Shown here: one piece after another, positions 1 through 7,664 of the stretch
How positions within the stretch are numbered: position 1 is the first letter of the stretch
Layout of the letters: the number at the start of each line of letters is the position of its first letter
Source: Bacteroidota bacterium
GTDB taxonomy: Bacteria > Bacteroidota > Bacteroidia > AKYH767-A > OLB10
Reading direction: 5' to 3'
NCBI GenBank assembly: GCA_029547265.1
Contig: JAKPPP010000112.1
Coordinates: forward strand, 32,965 to 96,964
DNA length: 64,000 bases
Position numbers and translations under genes: made by a program
Notes under the pieces: model-generated
Told to the model about the DNA's origin: nothing
Database searches by the model: none
What the model saw: only the letters and a program-made list of their open reading frames with translations

Positions 1-2317
1 CGTCCATAAGGTCGTTTAAGCCGATTTTAAAGAGCGCATTAAGTCCCGGGTCAAAATATACTGCACCACCGGTGTACGATTGATAGGTCTCGTTTAATAA
101 CGAATTATCAAGTTGTGTAAGTAAGTATCCCGGCGAGAACGCAATTTCATAGTTACGTTGCTTCGGCATCTGATATGCAACACTGTCAGGTGTTACAGGC
201 TTGCTGTCGGTTGAGTCAATAATTCCAACCGGTGCTTTTGCAATTGATGAATCCGTTGTTACCGGTGTTTGTTGTTTCTCCGGCTCCTGCGTTTTGTTTT
301 TACGTTTCGGGAAGTCGGTTTGGAAAGAGTAGTTGTTGATATCGATTTTCGTAGAGTCGCCAACGTTAGTCTCACCCGATGGTTTCTTGCCCGGTTCAGG
401 TAAAGTAATTGTTGGGGTCGACTTTATCTGTTTTACTTGCGGTAAAGGTGTCTTGTCGATTTTGAAACGCAGTGTAGTTTTCTTCAACGGTAATAATTCC
501 GTAGAAGCACTATTGTTAAGCGGATTGAGATAAAGCTCAAATCGGTTATTGGCTTTGTATAATTCAGCCAATTTAGTTTTATACGGATTTACATCTTGCG
601 AAAGAATGCTGCGTTGATAATCACTGGCCGGCTTAGAATTTACGATGTAACGATAATGTATCGTTGTGTCGATAAAAGCAATTGTGCTATCGAGTGTAGC
701 AATGTATCGATTAACAATTCCGTTTTCATCACTCAAGAATGAGAAATGCGCGGAGTCTATCATCAATGGCATGGTTTCATTAACCAATGGTGTTGATGTA
801 ATTGCTATGAGCTTTTCCGATTTATTGAAATAGTCGTAAAGGTAAATATCGGTTGTTGGTGATGTTACGATATCTTCTTTTTGACGGAAGGTTGTCGATT
901 TTAATGAATCTTCTGTTCGTGTAGAGTTGAAGATGATGTATTTGTCGTTTAATACAAATTTAGGATTAGCATCATCCCAACGATCTTTCGTTAGTTGTTG
1001 GTAAGTCTTTGTACGCGGATTAAACGTGTAAATATCCGATTGTCCTTTCTGAATTCCCGTTAATACAATTTCATTTCCTGAAGAAGAGTAGGAGAAGTCG
1101 AGTACTTTGTCGAAGTAGAAAAACTTGTTCGTTTCTCTCTTAATTCTTTTTCCGGGTGTGTAATAGTCGAGCCATACTTTGCCTTTCTTTTCTTTGATGG
1201 CAGCTACATATCTTCCTGTTGGATGCCATGCAAGAACCGGGAAGCTGTTATCGATATTTTGATTGACTGATTTATATCCTCCTTTTGCAAGTCGTTTACG
1301 TTTATGTGTTCTGATATCGTAAAGGTAAACGCGATATTTTCCTAAGTTATTTACTACGTAGGCTAGTTGATTTCCATCGGGACTAACTTTCACTTGACTT
1401 ACAGTACGATTTGGTTTCTTTACCGTTACTACAGGCTTTCCCGAAGGAATAGAACGACTTTTATCTTCATTCAGATAATTACGTTGATAGTAATCGAGCC
1501 AATTTCTGGTGAGCTCTTTTAACGGTGAACCGATAACATAAACAAATCCGCTTTCTATATTTCTATTGATGCGTGTCATATAAATTAAGTTCGATACTGA
1601 TGAGCTTCCGTATGTTTCTACAACATAATTCCAAAGTGATTGTCCTGCAAAAACAGCTTCATTGCCTGCTAAGCTATTGAATTTTTTATAGCGTCCGGTG
1701 TTAATGCCGTCGCGCATCCTGTTATCGTCTTCAATCGTCCATCCTTTAGCAACGTAAGAGATCAATCCTTGAACATACCAATCGGGAAGATTTAATAATA
1801 CTGCACTTTGCAAACGATCTTTGATACTTCCTCCATACATCAACTGATTAATCATCACTTGTGCTACTCCTGCTCTGATTTGCTCTCTGAAATGGCGATA
1901 GTCACCATCAAAATAAATTAATACTTTACTTCCGATGATTTTCGTTAAGCCGCCGGTGTTAGTATTAGCTTCTTCGCCTTCTAGTCCGATATTACTTTGT
2001 TTAAAGTCGCTTAGCTTATTATAAATCACGAATTGAAATCTTCCGTTGATTCTATAGTCGAACAGTTGCTCTATCTCAGCAATTTCTTTGTCGGCCACGC
2101 GGCCTGTATATTGCGCAAGTTCTTGTCCTCCTAAATAGTAGTACGTATCGAAGTTTTTAAATCGATAGTAGGTCCACAAAAAATCATTGTACTGCACTCT
2201 GTTTTTGCCGAAGGTCATTTGGTAACCTCTGGTAAATTGAGCAAAGGCGCCGGTGCCGAAAAGGGATACCGACAACGTCAGACAAATCAACAGTTTTTGA
2301 AAACGGTTAAATGGCAT
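1..2317 (-). CDS. Conserved secreted protein, N-terminal ~772 codons only (3' end runs off the window); signal peptide plus PD40/TolB-like beta-propeller-type segments
   Basis: Absent from the supplied track because no stop lies in the window. My own translation from the ATG (complement of 2315-2317) gives MPFNRFQKLLICLTLSVSLFGTGAFAQ... and stays open to position 2 (...VYFDPGLNALFKIGLNDLMD). Segments such as VSPDGNQLAYVV and LAWHPTGRYVA resemble PD40/WD40-like blades. Family unverified. Confidence 0.6.
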   Translation of the reverse strand, partial: MPFNRFQKLLICLTLSVSLFGTGAFAQFTRGYQMTFGKNRVQYNDFLWTYYRFKNFDTYYYLGGQELAQYTGRVADKEIAEIEQLFDYRINGRFQFVIYNKLSDFKQSNIGLEGEEANTNTGGLTKIIGSKVLIYFDGDYRHFREQIRAGVAQVMINQLMYGGSIKDRLQSAVLLNLPDWYVQGLISYVAKGWTIEDDNRMRDGINTGRYKKFNSLAGNEAVFAGQSLWNYVVETYGSSSVSNLIYMTRINRNIESGFVYVIGSPLKELTRNWLDYYQRNYLNEDKSRSIPSGKPVVTVKKPNRTVSQVKVSPDGNQLAYVVNNLGKYRVYLYDIRTHKRKRLAKGGYKSVNQNIDNSFPVLAWHPTGRYVAAIKEKKGKVWLDYYTPGKRIKRETNKFFYFDKVLDFSYSSSGNEIVLTGIQKGQSDIYTFNPRTKTYQQLTKDRWDDANPKFVLNDKYIIFNSTRTEDSLKSTTFRQKEDIVTSPTTDIYLYDYFNKSEKLIAITSTPLVNETMPLMIDSAHFSFLSDENGIVNRYIATLDSTIAFIDTTIHYRYIVNSKPASDYQRSILSQDVNPYKTKLAELYKANNRFELYLNPLNNSASTELLPLKKTTLRFKIDKTPLPQVKQIKSTPTITLPEPGKKPSGETNVGDSTKIDINNYSFQTDFPKRKNKTQEPEKQQTPVTTDSSIAKAPVGIIDSTDSKPVTPDSVAYQMPKQRNYEIAFSPGYLLTQLDNSLLNETYQSYTGGAVYFDPGLNALFKIGLNDLMD

Positions 2318-2403
2318 AGGATTATAATCTATGCGAAGGTAACGAATTTGATTCCTTTCTGTTGCAAAAGATGCCATAGAAATGCCATATATTTTGGATT
2401 CCT

Positions 2404-2411
2404 TATTTTTG
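2404..2411 (+). promoter_or_regulatory. Bacteroidota -7 promoter motif (TATTTTTG) upstream of gldC
   Basis: Exact match to TAnnTTTG, 17 nt before the first in-frame ATG (2429) and 44 nt before the preferred ATG (2456). Confidence 0.4.
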
Positions 2412-2455
2412 CCGAATAAATCTAAAAAATGCTCCTTTGCCGGGGCGACAGCAAT

Positions 2456-2803
2456 ATGTCAGATAATACAGTAGTAAAACAATCGAATATCAGCATCAAC
2501 GTAGGCCTTAATGCCGAGAAGCATCCGGTTTCAATTGATTGGTCTGCCGAGGATTCGGGATTAGACGGAAAGAAAGATGCGAAAGCTTTCATGTTGGCTT
2601 TGTGGGACAAACCTGAGAAAAGCACGATGAGAATTGACCTTTGGACAACTGAAATGACGGTTGAAGAAATGCAGTTTTTTATGTACGAAACCTTAGCCAG
2701 TATGGCCGATTCTTACGAACGAGCTACCAACGACGCACCTACAACAAAGGCAATGCGCGATTTTGCTGCGAAATTCGGGAAGATGGCGAAAGTGCTGAAG
2801 TAA
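2456..2803 (+). CDS. gldC: Gliding motility protein GldC
   Basis: The translation MSDNTVVKQSNISINVGLNAEKHPVSIDWSAEDSG...AKAFMLALWDK...MRIDLWTTEMTVEEMQFFMYETLASMADSYERAT...MRDFAAKF matches the GldC pattern I remember (I.I.V.L......P..I.W.A.D.G, IDLWTK.M.V.EM, QTL.SM...Y.RAT). The track ORF starts at 2429, but GldC homologues start near MS..., so I prefer the ATG at 2456. Confidence 0.75.
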   Translation: MSDNTVVKQSNISINVGLNAEKHPVSIDWSAEDSGLDGKKDAKAFMLALWDKPEKSTMRIDLWTTEMTVEEMQFFMYETLASMADSYERATNDAPTTKAMRDFAAKFGKMAKVLK

Positions 2804-3397
2804 TTAATTATTGAAAAGGGGAAGGCACTGTTTTATGTAATCCAGTACTTCCTCTTTTCCGAGTCTTTTCTCTGCTGAAGTGATGAAAATAGGAGGTAAT
2901 TCCTCCCAAAACTCCAGTAATTTGTTTTTGTATTTTTCAGTGTGAATTCTCACTTGATTTGCCGTCAATTTATCTGATTTCGTGAATACAATCGAGAATG
3001 GAACTCCATTTTCTCCTAAGAAAGATATGAAATCGAGGTCGTTCTTTTGAGGTTCTAAGCGAAGATCAATCAATACAAAGGCATTCATCAAATTTTCGCG
3101 TGTGGTCAGGTATCTTTTCATCAATCCTTCCCATTCATCGCGCGTAGTTTGCGAAACTTTGGCAAAGCCATAACCGGGTAAATCTACCAAGTACCAGCTA
3201 TCGTCGATTATAAAGTGGTTAAAGGTTTGGGTTTTCCCCGGACTACCCGATGTCTTCGCTAACCCTTTAACCGCGGTTAACATATTGATAAGCGATGATT
3301 TACCTACGTTACTTCGGCCGATAAATGCAAATTCGGGTTTGTTTACGGGAGGAAGCTGGTCGAGTTTAGCTGAACTTTTTACAAAAGTGGCGTTCAT
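2804..3397 (-). CDS. engB: Ribosome-biogenesis GTPase YihA/EngB (YsxC)
   Basis: P-loop GRSNVGKSSLIN, DLPGYG (G3) and TKSDK (G4), with the ~200 aa size typical of EngB. Its stop abuts the gldC stop. Confidence 0.9.
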   Translation of the reverse strand: MNATFVKSSAKLDQLPPVNKPEFAFIGRSNVGKSSLINMLTAVKGLAKTSGSPGKTQTFNHFIIDDSWYLVDLPGYGFAKVSQTTRDEWEGLMKRYLTTRENLMNAFVLIDLRLEPQKNDLDFISFLGENGVPFSIVFTKSDKLTANQVRIHTEKYKNKLLEFWEELPPIFITSAEKRLGKEEVLDYIKQCLPLFNN

Positions 3398-3408
3398 GAT
3401 TAACGGAG

Positions 3409-4341
3409 TTAAACTCCTTTTTGGTAGGTTTTAATGTGTCGCTCTTTTTTAGAGTCGTAAATATCGTCGAGTTTAACCAATATTCCGGTTTCTTCAACCT
3501 CTCCGAAGTGATCATTTAATGCAGTGCCGAACGATCGCATAGTTGGAGAAAGATTCATGTATGCATTTACTAACGGAGGAATATTTTCACCTCGAGCACG
3601 TACGTTTTGGTTTAGGATTCTATGTCCTTCTTTGTAGTCTAATCCCTTGATTTCACTCTCAAAAGCTGTCATATCGTGAGTGATCTCCAGAGAATGAATC
3701 GGTGTTACTAATTTATCGGGATCGCTAAAGTAATGTTGCATAAAATGCAAGATCATATCGCGTGCTTCCGAGTTAAAATGACGGTACATAGTCACCTTTC
3801 CGAAGAAATAGCGAATGTTGGGATAATCGACATGAATTGCACCTAGTCCGTCCCATAAATTATCGAGAGAAAATAAGCCTTTTCTGTTCTCCGGACGAGG
3901 TTGGTATTTAGGTTGAACGAATGAACGGCCAAGCTCTATCGTGTAAGGCATATATTCATTGATGAACTTCTCAGAGAAGTTAAAAAGCTCAGACGTAGCT
4001 AGTAAATATCTGCCATTGGCATCTTTTCCTGCATCGCCGCAACAGATAAATCGGTATCCTCCAACAATTTCTTTGTCCTCGGGATTCCAAACGATAAGTT
4101 GCTCATAACACTTTTCGCAAGTATCGAATTCATCAAGGTCACAGTCGAGTCCGGTACCACCGCCCGCTTCTCTAAAAGTGACTTCGCGCAAGCGACCAAT
4201 CTCTCTTAAAGTATGAGGAGCATTGTGGAAATTAATTATATATAATTTGTTGGAGCCATTATTAGATGTGCGTATAAAACGATCAGCTGTTAATTCGCTT
4301 TCGATCAAATGGGTCGATATTGGATCAATAACCGGTTTCAT
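3409..4341 (-). CDS. OlsB/GlsB-like GNAT-fold N-acyltransferase (aminoacyl-lipid synthesis; often annotated hemolysin-like)
   Basis: 310 aa, with a REVTFREAGGGTG motif and the size typical of the lyso-ornithine/glycine-lipid N-acyltransferase family. It lies directly downstream of a PlsC-type acyltransferase on the same strand. Confidence 0.65.
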   Translation of the reverse strand: MKPVIDPISTHLIESELTADRFIRTSNNGSNKLYIINFHNAPHTLREIGRLREVTFREAGGGTGLDCDLDEFDTCEKCYEQLIVWNPEDKEIVGGYRFICCGDAGKDANGRYLLATSELFNFSEKFINEYMPYTIELGRSFVQPKYQPRPENRKGLFSLDNLWDGLGAIHVDYPNIRYFFGKVTMYRHFNSEARDMILHFMQHYFSDPDKLVTPIHSLEITHDMTAFESEIKGLDYKEGHRILNQNVRARGENIPPLVNAYMNLSPTMRSFGTALNDHFGEVEETGILVKLDDIYDSKKERHIKTYQKGV

Positions 4342-4434
4342 ATTTTAAGAGCCTTTTCTCGCTATTCTAGTTGGTGTTGTTAATCAAAGATAATCTAAAA
4401 AACGGGGTAAACTATTTTAAAGATTAATATCAGT

Positions 4435-5286
4435 TCAATGGAAATCGACTGAGGGCTTTCCATCAACTAGAGAGTAGATATGCGATTTGACTTTTTGTGC
4501 CCACACTTGATCACTGAACTTATTGGTAAACACCGTATAACTAATGGGTTTGCCAAAGGTGATATGTATTTCTTTGTCTTTTTGATGATACATTTCGTCC
4601 ATCAAATAAAACATTTCAATATTAGCTTTAATGCCAACTTTCTGACGAAGTTTTGCCAGATTATAAAAGAAATTCGAGTTGTTGCCTGAAATATGAACGG
4701 GGATAATGTCTTTTTTAAATTTCTTCGCTTTTACGATAAAACTTTTCTTCCATTCAAGGTCTTTAATAATCCCTTTTTCTTGTTTTCGCGAAACTAATCC
4801 CGCCGGAAATATTAATACTAATTGTTCGGAATTATAATAAGAGTCGATTAAATCAAGCGTCTGTGAACTGTTTTTTCCGTGCTTGTTTACACCAATAAAT
4901 TCACTCTCAAAATTTTTAATATTTAGGAGTACATCATTCACGATAAACTTGATATCGCGACGTTTTTGTCCGACGGCGTTCATCAAAGCCATTGCGTCGA
5001 GTCCACCCAAAGGGTGATTTGCTGCTACTACGGCTCCGCCTGACGCAGGTAAATTCTCTAGTCCACTATAAGTAACAACAGGCTTAAATTCCTCAATAAT
5101 AGCATCAACAAATTCGAAGGAAGTTTTGTGGCCATGAATTCGAATGAATTCGTTTACATGATCTTCATGAACTATGCGCTTAATATAAGATACAATGAAT
5201 CGTGGTAAAACCTTTAATAATTGCGGGTTTTTACTCTTTATTACCTCTTCAATATCAATAAACTTCTTTTCCGGTACTGATGTCAT
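4435..5286 (-). CDS. PlsC/LPLAT-family O-acyltransferase (OlsA/GlsA-like)
   Basis: Acyltransferase signature VAANHPLGGLDA and FPAG motif. The track ORF begins at 5421, but its first 45 codons look non-native. The ATG at 5286 (MTSVPEKKFIDIEEV...) is the likely start. Confidence 0.7.
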   Translation of the reverse strand: MTSVPEKKFIDIEEVIKSKNPQLLKVLPRFIVSYIKRIVHEDHVNEFIRIHGHKTSFEFVDAIIEEFKPVVTYSGLENLPASGGAVVAANHPLGGLDAMALMNAVGQKRRDIKFIVNDVLLNIKNFESEFIGVNKHGKNSSQTLDLIDSYYNSEQLVLIFPAGLVSRKQEKGIIKDLEWKKSFIVKAKKFKKDIIPVHISGNNSNFFYNLAKLRQKVGIKANIEMFYLMDEMYHQKDKEIHITFGKPISYTVFTNKFSDQVWAQKVKSHIYSLVDGKPSVDFH

Positions 5287-5729
5287 ACGTTGTAAAAATA
5301 AGTACTTCATCAGTAACAGCGCAAAAAATCGGGGTTGAGTGGTAAAAATGAAGCGATTTTCTGAAAATCGTACAGCTTTTGGTGTGGCGAAGTGGGAGAT
5401 GCTTTTTTTTGAAAATTCCATAAATAATAACGTATATTATTGAAAGACAGAGCTTTTTGTTGAAGTCGCCCAATTTTTCCTTTTGTGGGAAAATGCGGAA
5501 GCGGATTTTAGTCTTTTTGGTCAATTGGTGGGAGGAAAATAAGGGGGGAAATTGGTTGAAATTGCCTGATTGTTATTAACCCTAGGTTGTTCGTATTTAA
5601 TTTAAAAACAGCAAGATACAAGTAAAATCGAGTCTAGTTTTGTGGTATTAAAAGCTGCTAAAATGAGCATTAGTCAGCTTAATTATTTGTGGGTCGGAAA
5701 TCCCTGCCGGCCGAAAAGTTTTTAACAAA

Positions 5730-5759
5730 GTGGGAGAAAGTGGTATAAAGTGGGAGAAA
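5730..5759 (+). promoter_or_regulatory. MraZ operator: three exact 10-bp-phased direct repeats GTGGGAGAAA / GTGGTATAAA / GTGGGAGAAA
   Basis: Read directly from the sequence, 52-81 nt upstream of mraZ. It can also be read as AAAGTGG-nnn-AAAGTGG-nnn-AAAGTGG, the repeat type reported for MraZ operators. Confidence 0.65.
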
Positions 5760-5810
5760 TTGCATTATTTTTACATCCCGAATGCCCCCGGTGGGTAGTA
5801 TTCGGAAAAA

Positions 5811-6296
5811 ATGCAAACCATGACACAATTCTTAGGAGAATATGAATGTAAGCTTGACGCCAAAGGGCGTTTGAGTTTGCCGTCGGCTATCCGCAAGAAG
5901 GTGTCGCCGGAAGCAGCCGAGAAATTCGTGGTAAACCGCGGCTATGAAAACTGTCTCCATTTATATCCTATGGATGAGTGGATCAAGGCTAGTGCCGAGG
6001 TTAACAAGTTAAATCTGGATGTTAAAGACAATCGTTTGTATGCACGTTGGTTTTTCAGAGGTGCTACAGAAATTGAATTGGATGCGGCAGGAAGGATTTT
6101 GTTGCCGAAGACTTTGTGTGAGCATGCCGGCATCGATAAAGAAGTAATGTTATCTGCCTTCGGATCTAAGATTGAAATCTGGTCGAAGGAAAAATACAAA
6201 GAGATGATTTCTTCTGAGCCTGATGATATTTCCGAATTAGGTGAAAAGGTGATGGGTAAGCTAAACAAGGGAGGAGCAGATAGTGGCGTATCATGA
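5811..6296 (+). CDS. mraZ: Transcriptional regulator MraZ
   Basis: MTQFLGEYECKLDAKGRLSLPSAIRKK... with a second DxxGR motif (LDAAGRILLP), the two SpoVT/AbrB-like halves typical of MraZ. The alternative start ATG at 5820 (MTQF...) is at least as likely. Confidence 0.95.
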   Translation: MQTMTQFLGEYECKLDAKGRLSLPSAIRKKVSPEAAEKFVVNRGYENCLHLYPMDEWIKASAEVNKLNLDVKDNRLYARWFFRGATEIELDAAGRILLPKTLCEHAGIDKEVMLSAFGSKIEIWSKEKYKEMISSEPDDISELGEKVMGKLNKGGADSGVS

Positions 6297-7182
6297 ACCC
6301 GTGATGCGTGACCTCTGTGTTGAGGGTTTAAACCTGAAGCAGGGCGGTGTTTATGTGGATGTAACGTTTGGCGGAGGAGGGCATTCCAAAGCGATTCTAG
6401 AAAAATTAAATGAAGGCAGATTGATTGCTTTCGATCAAGATAATGATGCATTGGCGAATGCACCTGATGATAAAAGGTTTTTGTTGATACACGACAACTT
6501 CCGAAATCTGAAAGAGCGTCTCAATGAAATAGGGGTCTTTGAAATTGATGGGTTATTAGCTGATTTGGGTGTTTCTTCTCATCAGTTCGACGAAGCGGAA
6601 CGCGGATTTTCAATTCGCTTTAATGCTTCACTCGATATGAGAATGGATCAACGTGGCGATCTAACGGCGAGGGATATCCTAAATAACTACGATGAGTTGT
6701 CGTTGATTAAGGTGTTTCGCGAATACGGTGAGTTGAATAATGCTCGTCGCTTAGCTTATCTCATAGTTCAAGCTAGAGTTAATGCTCCGATAGAAACTGT
6801 TGATGAGTTGAAGAAAATAGCTTCAGCAGCAGCGCCAAGAGCAAAGGAAACTACCTTCTATGCTCAGCTATTTCAAGCACTGAGAATTGAAGTGAATGAA
6901 GAGCTGGATGTGTTGAAGTCGATGTTGATGCAAGCAGCCGATTTGTTAAAACCCGAAGGAAGATTGGTAGTGATGAGTTACCATTCTCTCGAAGATAGAT
7001 TAGTAAAAAACCTGGTGAATACAGGTAATACCGATGGTGATTTGAAAAAAGATCTTTTCGGAAATATAGTAGGACTGAAGCTAAAGCCGGTAAATAAAAA
7101 ACCTGTTGAGGCCGATGAGGAAGAAGTGAAATCGAATCCGCGTTCACGTAGCGCAAAACTAAGAGTAGCAGAAAGGATATGA
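6283..7182 (+). CDS. rsmH: 16S rRNA (cytosine1402-N4)-methyltransferase RsmH/MraW
   Basis: (M)AYHEPVM...VDVTFGGGGHS...DLGVSSHQFD...SYHSLEDRLVKN...NPRSRSAKLRV. GTG start overlapping the mraZ end. Confidence 0.95.
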   Translation: MAYHEPVMRDLCVEGLNLKQGGVYVDVTFGGGGHSKAILEKLNEGRLIAFDQDNDALANAPDDKRFLLIHDNFRNLKERLNEIGVFEIDGLLADLGVSSHQFDEAERGFSIRFNASLDMRMDQRGDLTARDILNNYDELSLIKVFREYGELNNARRLAYLIVQARVNAPIETVDELKKIASAAAPRAKETTFYAQLFQALRIEVNEELDVLKSMLMQAADLLKPEGRLVVMSYHSLEDRLVKNLVNTGNTDGDLKKDLFGNIVGLKLKPVNKKPVEADEEEVKSNPRSRSAKLRVAERI

Positions 7183-7598
7183 ATAAAGTTCGTAGTCAGC
7201 AGGAAGAACCTAAAGCGCCGGAGACAAAGTCTTCGAAGCGCTCAGGTGATGCAGGCACGAATCCTGCCGGAAAGATTATTAAAGCATTAAATGTTTTTAA
7301 TCTTTTTAATCGCGAGTCGGTAGTGAATTATATGCCTTATGTAATGTTTCTGGTTGTGCTTGCCATGTTTTATATCTGGAATACTTACACAGTAGAAAAG
7401 ACAGTTCGCGAAATCGATAAAACTGAAAAAGAATTAAAAGAGTTGCGCTCTGAGTTCATTACGGGGAAATCAGAGTTAATGTATAAAAGTAAATTGTCTG
7501 AAGTCGCGAATACAATTAAAAATTACGGATTGAAAGAATCAACTGTCGCTCCGAAAAAAATTGTAATCCGAAAGAAGAAAGAAAATAGCGAGGAGTAA
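7179..7598 (+). CDS. ftsL: FtsL-like cell division protein (Bacteroidota type)
   Basis: Sits between rsmH and ftsI. It has a single TM helix (YVMFLVVLAMFYIW) followed by a coiled-coil-like segment, and an ATGA start/stop overlap with rsmH. Confidence 0.7.
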   Translation: MNKVRSQQEEPKAPETKSSKRSGDAGTNPAGKIIKALNVFNLFNRESVVNYMPYVMFLVVLAMFYIWNTYTVEKTVREIDKTEKELKELRSEFITGKSELMYKSKLSEVANTIKNYGLKESTVAPKKIVIRKKKENSEE

Positions 7599-7664
7599 TC
7601 GAAAACGAGTGCCTAGTAAACAATCAATCAACCACCAACCAACAAACCGAATTTTTCTAACCCA

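Noticed and set aside
333-533. 66-aa plus-strand ORF, and the similar 2219-2419 (+) and 2422-2625 (-) ORFs
   Set aside because: The first two lie antisense inside the long open minus-strand frame 1-2317, and the third lies antisense to gldC. They have odd composition and no promoter or family signal, so they are most likely spurious.
5255-5524. 89-aa minus-strand ORF and the 45-codon N-terminal extension of the acyltransferase ORF (5287-5421)
   Set aside because: They are overlapping alternative frames upstream of the better start at 5286. The extension (MEFSKKSISHFATPKAVRF...) does not resemble acyltransferase N-termini.
5942-6463. 173-aa ORF antisense to mraZ/rsmH
   Set aside because: It is entirely antisense to two strongly supported conserved genes, and its His/Pro/Ser-rich composition is typical of a shadow ORF.
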